This document shows, one piece after another, positions 1 through 9,663 of a stretch of DNA of 64,000 nt. The notes below the pieces were generated by a model. It ran no database searches. It saw nothing but the letters and a program-made list of their open reading frames with translations, and had not been told where the DNA came from. A program made the position numbers and the translations under genes. The stretch is taken from the NCBI GenBank assembly GCA_000992305.1, contig LBTY01000001.1:848-64847 (forward strand), written 5' to 3'. Position 1 is the first letter of the stretch, and every line of letters starts with the position of its first letter. The stretch is from a candidate division TM6 bacterium GW2011_GWF2_38_10 (GTDB lineage: Bacteria > Babelota > Babeliae > Babelales > RVW-14).

Positions 1-1147
1 TAAGAAGTGTATTATTTTTTTGTAAGCCGCTTATATTAAAATATTTTTTTTGATTAATTTGATTTAGGGCGGTATCGGCGTTATTGTTGGCTTTTATTTC
101 TATAATAATTGGCTGGCTTGTTTTATTAATAAGAAGGTCGATAAAGCCTTGTCCTGCTGCAACTTCTGCTTCAACGGTATCCGTTGGAAAAAATCCATAT
201 GCATAAAAAAGTAGGATATGAAAATATTTTTCAAGGTATTTAAAGTTTTTATTGTGGTAATCCTTTGTTTTTTGGATTGTTTTTTCCACTATACTCTGCA
301 GTAGAAATGTTATTTCTTCTGGTTGATATATTTTTTCTTTTAATAAGGCGATGTTGTGGTCAATATCACATAAGGATACGGAGAGATAATTTCGTTTTGG
401 GGCGTGAGAAAAAAAAGGATCAGAAGCTTTTTCGTTTGTAAAAAACAACAGTGAAGGACTATTGTTGATGATGTTGATGTCAAAGGTCCATATATGTGTT
501 GTTAGTCCAGGATGTGCTTGTTGGTTAATGTTTTTTTGAGTTTCACATGAGATTTTTTTTGCATTAATTAAAAATTGAAATATATAGATCTCTTTTTGGG
601 CATATAAGGGGAGTTCTATAAGATAGCTTGTTTCCTCTAATTTTTTGATAGTAGTTTTAATTGAGGTATTCTTTTTATTATTAAAAAGCTCTTCTATGCA
701 GAGGCAAAGCATGTACGAAATTGCAACATACAATTGTGAATTTTGATTTTTTTGGGTACCTTCTAACGATTGCATTGGCTTTGCTGCTTTTTGCAATAAT
801 TCTTTAATACGCATGGCAATGATAGCTAATAATTCATGTGTTGATGGTGCTTGTTTTATTTTTTCAATAAAGGTAATTGTGTCACATAAAAAATCTGGTC
901 TTGGTAGTTCTTGATTTTGTGAAGTGTTTTGTTCCAAGTTTTCATAGCATTGTGGATGTGCATAGAATATTGCTTCGAGTATTCGGTTCCGTTGGATGAG
1001 CTGTTCATTTTTTATGAGTATTTCTTTTATGGTATTTTCGTCGATGCTCATGCATGTGAGTGACGTATATTTTGTGAATGTTCCTATTGCTAGGAGCAGT
1101 TTTATTAAAAAAAATGATATTTTTTTAATAAAAATATTTTTTTGCAT
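1..1147 (-). CDS. Partial CDS whose C-terminus lies beyond the left window edge. Hypothetical protein with an N-terminal hydrophobic leader and a PD-(D/E)XK nuclease-like (PDDEXK_9/DUF1703-type) block
   Basis: Absent from the ORF track because it has no in-window stop. My hand translation of the minus strand from the ATG at 1147-1145 stays open to position 2. It begins MQKNIFIKKISFFLIKLLLAIGTF. Near the edge it reads YFHILLFYAYGFFPTDTVEAEVAAGQGFIDLLINKTSQPIIIEIKANNNADTALNQINQKKYF. This fits the E...G.ID...IIE(I/F)K...A..QI..K.Y signature of PDDEXK_9 domains. Confidence 0.45.
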   Translation of the reverse strand, partial: MQKNIFIKKISFFLIKLLLAIGTFTKYTSLTCMSIDENTIKEILIKNEQLIQRNRILEAIFYAHPQCYENLEQNTSQNQELPRPDFLCDTITFIEKIKQAPSTHELLAIIAMRIKELLQKAAKPMQSLEGTQKNQNSQLYVAISYMLCLCIEELFNNKKNTSIKTTIKKLEETSYLIELPLYAQKEIYIFQFLINAKKISCETQKNINQQAHPGLTTHIWTFDINIINNSPSLLFFTNEKASDPFFSHAPKRNYLSVSLCDIDHNIALLKEKIYQPEEITFLLQSIVEKTIQKTKDYHNKNFKYLEKYFHILLFYAYGFFPTDTVEAEVAAGQGFIDLLINKTSQPIIIEIKANNNADTALNQINQKKYFNISGLQKNNTLL

Positions 1148-1300
1148 GAGTACCCTTGAGTTTAACCTATATTTTCTTTAAGATATTGGACTTAATATAT
1201 AAAAAAGGTTATAAGAAAGCAATAAGTCATTATTAATGCGCATTTGAACTATTAATTATTATAGCTGACGTTTAATATAAAAGGTTTTATTTAAAAAATA

Positions 1301-1341
1301 AACAAAGGCCTGGAAGTTTTTTGATCTTCCAGGCCTTTGTT
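1301..1341 (-). terminator. Rho-independent terminator downstream of the 1362-4499 ankyrin gene
   Basis: Perfect 16-bp stem: aacaaaggcctggaag (1301-1316) pairs with cttccaggcctttgtt (1326-1341). On the minus strand it is followed by a T run (complement of 1292-1300). Confidence 0.75.
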
Positions 1342-1361
1342 TATTGGATTATGGCGAATGA

Positions 1362-4300
1362 TTATCGATTACTTGAGAGCATAATTCCTTCATTGATAAG
1401 CGCTGCAACTATGCTGCGTTCACCAAAATTTTCCTGTGCAAGTTCTTGAGCATTGTTATGTTTATTAAAGTAACTGAGTATTGGAGTATCGATTTCATAA
1501 TTAGGGATGTTGGCATATTTTTCTAATATTTGAATTGCTGCATATTCATTTTTAAGGCGGAGCGCAAGAAATAAAGGGGTTGTTTCAGGGATTGTTGTAT
1601 TACTATATTTATAAACACATCGATTATCGTTGATATTTACGATATGATTAGGAAGATAAAACTCGTTATTAAGTAATGCAAAAATCTGGTATCTGTTATT
1701 AAATAATATGGCAGCATGCAAGGGGGTTGCATTGTAAAGTGTAATTTTTTTATTTTGATTTTCGTAAGTTATGTTACAGAGTGCATTTTTGTTTATGTGA
1801 TAGAAAATGCCAAATCTTTTATAGATCTGAATTTTTTGTTTTTCGTTTAATTCTGGATTGTTATCTGTTAATGTTGCTGCAACATGTAATATGTGAGCAT
1901 TTTCAATGCTATATTTTGTTGAATCATTTTGTACAGAAAGTGTGCAGAGACCATTCGCTTGTGCGAGTTGATTAGTGAGTGCAAAAAACTTGTCTATAAA
2001 TATCATGTTGTTACGCACGAGCACAAGATGGAGAGGTGTTGCATTTTCAAGCTCTATAGTTTCGCCTAATTTTATTTTTGTGCAAGGATAGTTTATTATT
2101 TCTCGATTTTGTTGGATAAGTTCTCTACATGCCTCTAAGTTTTCTTTATAGACAGCAAGATGAAGAGGTGTTGCGTTTTCTATGGTTATTGTTTCATCGC
2201 TGTAGTTATAGACTTCTTGTAAGAGTTGGGATGTGTTGGGTAAGGAGGTAATGGTTTGAAGCATTTTTTGATTGTTGCTATGGAGTGCTGCAAAATGGAG
2301 TACGTTGAGTGTATCTATTCTCAAAAATTCATTTTTTTTCATAAGCCTTTGTGTGATATCGAAATTGTTAAGAAAAACAGCAGCAAAAAGTTCATTTATA
2401 GATTCATTGATTTGTGTACCGATAATGCTTTGGGTATTGGTTGTTGTTGTTGGGGTTATGCCATTTTCTTGGCTGAATAATTCATTAATAAGGTTTTTTG
2501 CATTTATATGGCTAGATTCTCTTATTATATACCCTAGGAGCGATATTTCATGTCCACTTGGTATTGTGACTGTTTCGGGAGTACCATATGTTTCTCTTAT
2601 TTTTTTTACGATATGATGTTGATTTTTTTTGAGTGCATTTAAAAATAGGTCTTTATAAATTTCTTCTTGTGGGCGAAAATAATCTCGAAATCGGCGTTTA
2701 ATTTCTTGGCCTATATAATTTGGTTTTTCTTGTAATTTTGGATTTTTTTCCCATAATAGATTGAATATGTCAGGATTGGTATATTTTAAGATATCGTTGC
2801 GCATAAGAGAAAATGGTTGAAAGATCCTGTCTTCAAATATAATAGTATCTTGTTCTTGTGGTTGTTGATCAATCATAAGCATAAGCATTTTTTCTTGTTG
2901 GGTTATCATTGCCAACCAGAGCCCTGGTACGAGTTTTGCATTGGTTTGTGGTCCACTTGGTCCAAGAGGAATTATTTTTATAAAATCATAGTAATCGATT
3001 TTGTAAGTTGAGTCTAATCGTTGTCGTCTTTTTAGAAATTCTTGAGCAAGTATATATTCATGATTAATAAGAGCCAATGATACAGGTTCTTCTGTAAAAA
3101 GAAGTTCAGTCGACTCTGCCTGTTTGCTTACTGGAAACAAATTGGGAAACGCGGCAAGCATTTTGAGTGATTTGTATCTATAATTTTCAAATACAGTATT
3201 AAAAAAAGTTATGCTTATTCCACGCTGTGTCATATGGGCTATATTTAGAACATCATAATAAAATAGATTATAAATTGGGAATAAATCTGCATGTGCTGAC
3301 GGTATTTTTGTTGTTACATAGGCGGGTAAATTTTGTCGGTTTCTGGCGGCACCTTCTGGAAACGTTTGAGCATATTCGATGAGGATTCCATTAAGTATTG
3401 GATCTTTGTTAATCAATGCGCTTAGTGTGGATAATGTGAGTTTATATGTTTGCATTATTTGATTAAGGTTGCTCATTATTGTTTGAAATTGAGTCTTGAT
3501 ATTTTCTTCTGCCCCGTATTCCCTGACTCTATATTCGGCAGCTTTATAGGATAAATAGATCAGTGCTTGGCTTATAGGTGTTGTGGTAGTTTCTAAAAAG
3601 TTGTTATTGAGAGGAAAGTCTTCATTTTTTAATCTTGCTACAATCTCATGATTATGTTGTATTATAGCAAGATCTATGGGTGTGAGTTTGCAGATGTCTT
3701 GTTTTTGTTGTAGATTCTTGTACAAACTCTTATTTGTACTTTTTGCCTTTTGTAAAATTTCATCTATAAAGGCAGCGTCATTTGCTATTATTGCCCAGTG
3801 CAGTATGGTTCGATTATAATAATCAGTTTGACTAAAAGTAGTAGAAAGGAGGTCATTGTTATCTATGGCTTCTATTACCAACCTGGCTTGGGTGAGGTCT
3901 CTTTTTTGGAGAGCATTTATAATTTTTTCAAAAACTTCTTGCGCCGTTATCCACGCTAAAAGCTTTTGACTGTTTGTTTTTTGAACGAGCGATAGTGGGC
4001 TTTCTCCGTATTGATCTTCTAGATGAATATCCCCTCCCCATTTTGTTATCTTGCGGATGAGTAATATTTTTTTTAGTAGATTTTTTTTATCCTCATCTTC
4101 TTTTGGTTTTTTATATGTTGTTTCTATGTTTGGATAATTTTGTATTACATTTTGAACAAGATAGAATAATGGTGTTCTTCCGTCATTGTCTGTGACATTT
4201 GGGTTTATTCGTTGTATTGTTTCATCATCAAGATTAAGTTCTTCAAAGTTTTCAAAAATTATATGTACAGCAGTTTTTCCATTATTAAAAAGCCGTTTAT

Positions 4301-4499
4301 AGATAGGATTAATTAAGGTTGACATGATTGGTGGCTGATTGCGATTGGTATAATTAGTGTAAAAGCTTTGAGGAATGAGTCTTGCAAGTTCGCTAAAATC
4401 TTTTTCCTCGATAGCATTTATTTTTGTATTTCTGCTGGTGGGATGGCTGCATGGGTAGTAGAGCATCCATAAATTATTCCAAGGCAGATGATTATACAT
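1362..4499 (-). CDS. Large ankyrin-repeat protein (1045 aa)
   Basis: Long ORF with many ANK signatures: GRTPLFYLVQN, RTILHWAIIANDAAFIDEILQ, NATPLHLAVYKENLEACRELIQ, NATPLHLVLVRNN, NATPLHAAILFNN, TTPLFLALRLKNEYAAIQILEKY. The start codon is uncertain because there is no clear RBS at 4499. Confidence 0.85.
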   Translation of the reverse strand: MYNHLPWNNLWMLYYPCSHPTSRNTKINAIEEKDFSELARLIPQSFYTNYTNRNQPPIMSTLINPIYKRLFNNGKTAVHIIFENFEELNLDDETIQRINPNVTDNDGRTPLFYLVQNVIQNYPNIETTYKKPKEDEDKKNLLKKILLIRKITKWGGDIHLEDQYGESPLSLVQKTNSQKLLAWITAQEVFEKIINALQKRDLTQARLVIEAIDNNDLLSTTFSQTDYYNRTILHWAIIANDAAFIDEILQKAKSTNKSLYKNLQQKQDICKLTPIDLAIIQHNHEIVARLKNEDFPLNNNFLETTTTPISQALIYLSYKAAEYRVREYGAEENIKTQFQTIMSNLNQIMQTYKLTLSTLSALINKDPILNGILIEYAQTFPEGAARNRQNLPAYVTTKIPSAHADLFPIYNLFYYDVLNIAHMTQRGISITFFNTVFENYRYKSLKMLAAFPNLFPVSKQAESTELLFTEEPVSLALINHEYILAQEFLKRRQRLDSTYKIDYYDFIKIIPLGPSGPQTNAKLVPGLWLAMITQQEKMLMLMIDQQPQEQDTIIFEDRIFQPFSLMRNDILKYTNPDIFNLLWEKNPKLQEKPNYIGQEIKRRFRDYFRPQEEIYKDLFLNALKKNQHHIVKKIRETYGTPETVTIPSGHEISLLGYIIRESSHINAKNLINELFSQENGITPTTTTNTQSIIGTQINESINELFAAVFLNNFDITQRLMKKNEFLRIDTLNVLHFAALHSNNQKMLQTITSLPNTSQLLQEVYNYSDETITIENATPLHLAVYKENLEACRELIQQNREIINYPCTKIKLGETIELENATPLHLVLVRNNMIFIDKFFALTNQLAQANGLCTLSVQNDSTKYSIENAHILHVAATLTDNNPELNEKQKIQIYKRFGIFYHINKNALCNITYENQNKKITLYNATPLHAAILFNNRYQIFALLNNEFYLPNHIVNINDNRCVYKYSNTTIPETTPLFLALRLKNEYAAIQILEKYANIPNYEIDTPILSYFNKHNNAQELAQENFGERSIVAALINEGIMLSSNR

Positions 4500-4523
4500 T
4501 TTTTAAGATGAGTATAGTTCATT

Positions 4524-7500
4524 TTATTCTCCTTCGTGTTGTTCTTCATTTATTTTTGCGTTTATTGCATTTTTTAATGCGGTTAATTTTGTATTATTTG
4601 GTAATTGCTCTAATTCTTCTTCAAGTATGGTTAATGGTGTTTTACCTTCGTTGTTTACTTGATGAATAAGTTCTGGATAGCTTGCGATAAGGAATAATCC
4701 TATGTTTTTACTAGAAAAGATTATTGCTGCGTGTAAAAATGTAGATTTTGCGTATTGTATATTTCCTTTTTGGAAATCTATCTTTGATCTTAAAATAGGT
4801 TGAAATTTGGGGTTCTTGTGAAGTTGCTTAATTATCATTAATCTCCTGTTTTTGTTGGAAAAAAGAAGCGATATAGGAGTGTTGTTATACTTATCTTTGA
4901 TGGTTATTATTTCAGGTGGGGTGCGAGCAAGTATTTTACCTATAATGGATTCTTTTAAATTTTGATCTTTATTTGCAAAAATATGATGTAGTATTGTTTT
5001 ATTATTGTTATCTTGGAGTGAGGGGGCGTAATTTGGGTGATTAATAAAATAAGGCATAAGGGAATATTTTTTTTGTGTGTTAAGTGTTAGTAGTGATTCA
5101 AATATTTGTTGCTCAGTGAGGTCTGTGCATTTAAGGAGGAATTCGATAATGCTTATTGAGTTTTCATTTAAGCTTTCTATATTAACAATGGTTTCAATTA
5201 TTTGAGCTCTTTGCTCTTGGGATGTAAGTCTACGAGCAAAAAATGCTTTATTTTTTTCTATAGTGTTTATAAATTCGATTATTTGATAAGGATGATCTTG
5301 CGTAATGGTGCTTATTAATTGTGTAGCCCCTTTTTCTTGTAGGCTATTAAAAGCACGTCTGTTGTTGCATTGCATTGTATATGCAAGAGGCATAAGTCCT
5401 TGAGTATTTTCAAGAGTAAATATTCTTTGTAGGTCTTCTTGAGAATCTAATAATATATTGAGTAAATCATTTTTACCTAATTTTATTGCTAAGTGCAGCT
5501 GTGATTCAATTTCATCTGTTCCATAAATTATGGCACCAGATTGAAGTAATAATGATACAATATCAGGATTGTTGACGTATATGGCCAAGTGTAGCGGTGT
5601 GTATCCTGCAAATGCTTCAGATTCTGCTATTTCATTATTTAAAAAATTTAAAAAAGCTTGTTGATTTGTCATATTTGCGATTTCTAGCATTTTTTGTACA
5701 AGAGCGATATCTTGTTTTAGGATGGCAAGATGGAAATGATTAAGTCCTGCATGGTTTTTTTCTAGGAAATCTAAAAAATTATTTGGATTATGTTCAAAAT
5801 GTTTTTTTATTTTATCAAACATTATTTGTATATCTTCTGCTGTAAAGTATGGTGTATTGTTAAGCATGTAAAAAAGATACGAGTGTGTTTTTTCTTTATT
5901 TAAATAGAGTTGGTTTCCGTTTATGTCAATTTCATATAATTGCAGAAATGACTTTGTAATGAATGATGCTTTTTGTTCTGTGGCTAACTCGAAAATACCT
6001 TTTTCGTTAGTGGCTCGAAATAATCTTAGATAATCAAGTCCTTGAATATTAGCTTGCTTAAATAGTTGTTGGGCTATGCTTGTTCTGTTATATTTCAGGG
6101 CCAATGTAATGAGTGATTGAATATGTAAATCTAATGCTTGATCTATTGCTCTTGTAAGGGCTTCAATTCCTGTTATTGTACTTCTTTGAGGTAATGTAAT
6201 ATTATTAAAAATAAAAAAAGCAGTGTATTTGTTGCCATAGATTATGCAATGGTTATAGAGTTCATAAATATACTTTTCATCCAATAGGTTATAATGCTTA
6301 AGTGTTTGAAATAGTATGAAGATATAAAAAAAATTATTCATATTTATTGCGTAGAGGAGTGCACTTTTTAGCTCTTGAGCAATTTTTGTTGGATTTTGTA
6401 TGTTATGTAGTATGGTAACTAAAAAGGAATTAAAATCCCCTGTTTCTAAAAAATATAATAATTGATTGATTTCTTTGTAGGACCTATTGAGTAATGTTAA
6501 TAAATTATTCATATCGCCATTTTTATTTTGTATTTCTATGAGCTTGGCATATGATTTTTCTGGATAAAATGATTGAGCTAAAAGTGTAAGGTGTTCCGCG
6601 CCCCAATTATTTAAGCCTACGTTTGTATTTATATGTTGTTCAATAAGATATTGAGCAACATTAGGTAAGCCTTTCATGATTGAGATGTGAAGAATATTAA
6701 GTCCATTTGCATCACGTTGATTGAAATCAGCAGTATACATTTTTAAGCGCTTTAATACCTCTATTGTTTTATTTTCATCCGAGGCATATTTAATAACATA
6801 AAAAATTGGAGTTTCATTGTTTATGCCTGGACTATTAATCCATGGAGCAACAGAATCTTGGTTTTTAGGGGTGCTACCAAAAAAACTGATAGGAAATAAT
6901 CTATCAAGAGTCTTTTCTTCAAAAATAGATTGATTTGCGCAGGCGGTTTCAAATTGGTTAGCTGGATGTAGGTCTTTTAATAATATGATGGATGATTCAT
7001 ATTTTTGTAAAAGAAGGTCTTTAGGGGTTATTTGAAGGTTATTTTTTTTGTTAATATCGGCGCCTAGCGAAATAAGTGTTTGTGCTTGTTCTTCTTTGCG
7101 AGGTGATTTTGGTCGAAGTAAAATATAATGTAATGGGGTATTACCAAAGATATCTTGAGCGTTTATATCCACTTTCAACGAGCTTAGAGCTTTAAATATT
7201 TCAGGCCTATCATATTCTGGTTGTTTGGAAAAAATATGCATTAAATTTTGGTCATACCCATTGCAAATGTTTAAATTAAGCGTTGGTATTTCTTTTTTTA
7301 ATTCTTCTAACACTTTTTTAATTTTTTCTGATGGGCTCAAATGAATTTGTTTTAGGATCATTTCTAAAAAAAGGTCCCATGAAGAAGAGAGTGGTTGATT
7401 GCAATCGGCTCCATGTTTAATAAGTTCTTTTATGCTGGCTAAATCTATAAACACATATCCACCTGCGTCACAGAAAAGTCGGTTTTTTTTTATAGATCCA

Positions 7501-8540
7501 ATATCACTATCGTTATATTTTTCGCCAGATGGCAAAAATTTTGGCTTTAAAAGATAGAATAATGGTGAGTATTTGTTTTGAGCGTCCAAGGCATTCATGA
7601 TTTCAGATGGGGAGACTTGATCAACAAGATAATCAAGGTTAAGAGTTTGTGTTATTTTAGGAATTTCTTTTATTTGCTCTAGTATAAAAGGGATTGCGGT
7701 TTGTATAGTTCCTTTACGGTGGGTGTCTTGTATAATTGTCATGATAGATTCTTTTATTCTATAGATATTTACTATGGGTTGATGAGGCGTATCATTGAGC
7801 TCTGCTATTTCGGCGTTATCTAGTTTTGCACCTAATTTTATATATTCTAATGCTGAAGCATATTGATTTTTTTCGATAGCCATCATAAGCGCAGATTTAC
7901 CGTCGTTATTTTTTTGATCTATAAGGTATTTATTGTGTGCGTATAAAAAAAATGGTTCATTATGGCAAAAGTATTTTATTGCTTCAAAGGCATGTAGGCC
8001 TGATTGGCCTACATATTTATGTAAAAAAGAATTGTTATCATTATCTAATATGTAAAAATCATGTGGAATTTTGGGTATTGGATGGTTGATAAAGAGACAT
8101 GATAATATTTTTTTTATTGTTGGTAACATATCCTTATTTGTAGAAGTGCCTTGAGCAATCATAAAAGGGATGGAAAGTTCTTGTTCATCATCTAAAAAAA
8201 AGTTAGTTTTGGCTCCGTAGAGTATAAGTCTTTTTAGTATATCAAAATGGACCGGTTCTCCTCTGCTAAAAATATTATTTATGGCAAAAGATATGGGTAG
8301 AAGGCCATGATTATTTCTACTATTAATAATATCTTGTAGTTCTAGAGCCCTTTGTTCATAAATATTTGAACCTGAGTGAAGAGGCATAATTTTTTCTAAT
8401 ACATTGGTTTCATTTTTATTAATAAGTTCTATAAGTTTATTAGTCGTTAAATCATGCATCATTCCTTGGCATGATGGCGGTGTGAATAAGAGTGTGCAAT
8501 ATATTAAGCGTGATGCTATGTTCCATATACTATGTTTCAT
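4524..8540 (-). CDS. Giant ankyrin-repeat protein (1338 aa) with an N-terminal hydrophobic leader
   Basis: ANK signatures: DGKSALMMAIEKNQYASALEYIKLGAKLD, GNTPLHYILL, GLNILHISIMKGLPNVAQYLIEQ, GYTPLHLAIYVNNPDIVSLLLQSGA, GLMPLAYTMQCNN, STFLHAAIIFSSKNIGLFLI. The N-terminus MKHSIWNIASRLIYCTLLFTPPSC looks like a signal peptide. Confidence 0.85.
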   Translation of the reverse strand: MKHSIWNIASRLIYCTLLFTPPSCQGMMHDLTTNKLIELINKNETNVLEKIMPLHSGSNIYEQRALELQDIINSRNNHGLLPISFAINNIFSRGEPVHFDILKRLILYGAKTNFFLDDEQELSIPFMIAQGTSTNKDMLPTIKKILSCLFINHPIPKIPHDFYILDNDNNSFLHKYVGQSGLHAFEAIKYFCHNEPFFLYAHNKYLIDQKNNDGKSALMMAIEKNQYASALEYIKLGAKLDNAEIAELNDTPHQPIVNIYRIKESIMTIIQDTHRKGTIQTAIPFILEQIKEIPKITQTLNLDYLVDQVSPSEIMNALDAQNKYSPLFYLLKPKFLPSGEKYNDSDIGSIKKNRLFCDAGGYVFIDLASIKELIKHGADCNQPLSSSWDLFLEMILKQIHLSPSEKIKKVLEELKKEIPTLNLNICNGYDQNLMHIFSKQPEYDRPEIFKALSSLKVDINAQDIFGNTPLHYILLRPKSPRKEEQAQTLISLGADINKKNNLQITPKDLLLQKYESSIILLKDLHPANQFETACANQSIFEEKTLDRLFPISFFGSTPKNQDSVAPWINSPGINNETPIFYVIKYASDENKTIEVLKRLKMYTADFNQRDANGLNILHISIMKGLPNVAQYLIEQHINTNVGLNNWGAEHLTLLAQSFYPEKSYAKLIEIQNKNGDMNNLLTLLNRSYKEINQLLYFLETGDFNSFLVTILHNIQNPTKIAQELKSALLYAINMNNFFYIFILFQTLKHYNLLDEKYIYELYNHCIIYGNKYTAFFIFNNITLPQRSTITGIEALTRAIDQALDLHIQSLITLALKYNRTSIAQQLFKQANIQGLDYLRLFRATNEKGIFELATEQKASFITKSFLQLYEIDINGNQLYLNKEKTHSYLFYMLNNTPYFTAEDIQIMFDKIKKHFEHNPNNFLDFLEKNHAGLNHFHLAILKQDIALVQKMLEIANMTNQQAFLNFLNNEIAESEAFAGYTPLHLAIYVNNPDIVSLLLQSGAIIYGTDEIESQLHLAIKLGKNDLLNILLDSQEDLQRIFTLENTQGLMPLAYTMQCNNRRAFNSLQEKGATQLISTITQDHPYQIIEFINTIEKNKAFFARRLTSQEQRAQIIETIVNIESLNENSISIIEFLLKCTDLTEQQIFESLLTLNTQKKYSLMPYFINHPNYAPSLQDNNNKTILHHIFANKDQNLKESIIGKILARTPPEIITIKDKYNNTPISLLFSNKNRRLMIIKQLHKNPKFQPILRSKIDFQKGNIQYAKSTFLHAAIIFSSKNIGLFLIASYPELIHQVNNEGKTPLTILEEELEQLPNNTKLTALKNAINAKINEEQHEGE

Positions 8541-8730
8541 ATTCTTTCCTTATAGTAAGAAATTAATAATCAATAAAATGGTTTCCTATCATAAAAGTAT
8601 GATATTGAGAGATTTTTATGCTATGCAATATTTTTGTTAAAACGGATGCTTTTTATTGATTGAGCTTGTAATCTTCTTTGTTATACTCAGCCTAACGGTG
8701 ACATATAAGTTTTTTGTAGGGGAGATAGTG

Positions 8731-9663
8731 ATGAGAACTACGTTTATCGAGCAATTGGTTGCATATGCACATCAAGATGCTTCGGTTTATTTATTAACGG
8801 CTGATCTTGGGTATTCTGTTATTGAACCATTTAAGCAAGCCTTTCCTGATCGTTTTATTAACGTTGGGATTGCTGAGCAAAATATGATAGGCATTGCGGC
8901 GGGGCTTGCAATGCGCGGCAAAAAGGTTATTGCTTACTCCATTATTCCTTTTATTACCATGCGATGCTTTGAGCAGATTCGCAATAATATTTGTTATCAA
9001 AATATGACCGTTAAGCTTGTTGGTGTTGGAGGCGGGTTGAGTTATGGCTCGCTTGGCCATACGCATCATGCTATTGATGACATTGCTATTATGAACGTGC
9101 TTGCGCATATGAACATAGTTGCCCCCGCAAGCCGATATGAGGCTCAAGCGCTGATTCCTGATTTTTTTTCGCAGCCTGGTCCTGGCTATTTACGGCTTGC
9201 CAATACTGACGAGACTTTTTCGTATTCAGAATTATGCCGGCCGCAGCTTGGTAAGGCTTTTGAAATAATTCCTCATGATGAGCATCTTATTATTGCCACA
9301 AGTAACGCCCTTGATTTGGCCTATAAGGTGCAAACAGAGCTTGCAGCCTTGGGAGTGGATATGGGGCTTGTGAGTGCTCATACACTTAAACCATTTGATG
9401 GTGATTTTTTTGAACAAAAAAAAGCGACGCTTAAAACAGTTATCACTATTGAGGAACATTCGGTTATTGGGGGCTTGGGAAGTATTGTTGCTTCGGTGTT
9501 GCAGGCTCAAAATATGCATTATGTTGCATTAAAGGTTTTTGGTATTCGTGATGTGTATGCGCATACTGCTGGAAATCGCAAAGACTTGCTTGAATTAGTT
9601 GGTTTAACGCCTTGCGTAATTGTAAATGCAATACAGCGCAATAACAGTATAGGTGCCGTATGA
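8731..9663 (+). CDS. Transketolase C-terminal subunit (pyrimidine-binding plus C-terminal domains of a split transketolase)
   Basis: Motifs: LLTADLGYS, FINVGIAEQNMIGIAAGLAMRGK, GGGLSYGSLGHTHHAIDDIAIM, VITIEEHSVIGGLGS. I prefer the ATG at 8731 (MRTTFIEQL), preceded by ggggag, over the track start at 8656. The stop TGA at 9661-9663 overlaps the next ATG at 9660 (ATGA). Confidence 0.85.
   Translation: MRTTFIEQLVAYAHQDASVYLLTADLGYSVIEPFKQAFPDRFINVGIAEQNMIGIAAGLAMRGKKVIAYSIIPFITMRCFEQIRNNICYQNMTVKLVGVGGGLSYGSLGHTHHAIDDIAIMNVLAHMNIVAPASRYEAQALIPDFFSQPGPGYLRLANTDETFSYSELCRPQLGKAFEIIPHDEHLIIATSNALDLAYKVQTELAALGVDMGLVSAHTLKPFDGDFFEQKKATLKTVITIEEHSVIGGLGSIVASVLQAQNMHYVALKVFGIRDVYAHTAGNRKDLLELVGLTPCVIVNAIQRNNSIGAV

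Noticed and set aside
996-1181. 61-aa plus-strand ORF
   Set aside because: It is antisense to the longer edge-truncated minus-strand ORF that has a recognisable domain signature. Its composition is hydrophobic and low-complexity.
8656-8730. The N-terminal 25 codons of track ORF 8656-9663
   Set aside because: A hydrophobic extension is not expected for a transketolase subunit. An ATG with an upstream ggggag at 8731 gives a canonical N-terminus.
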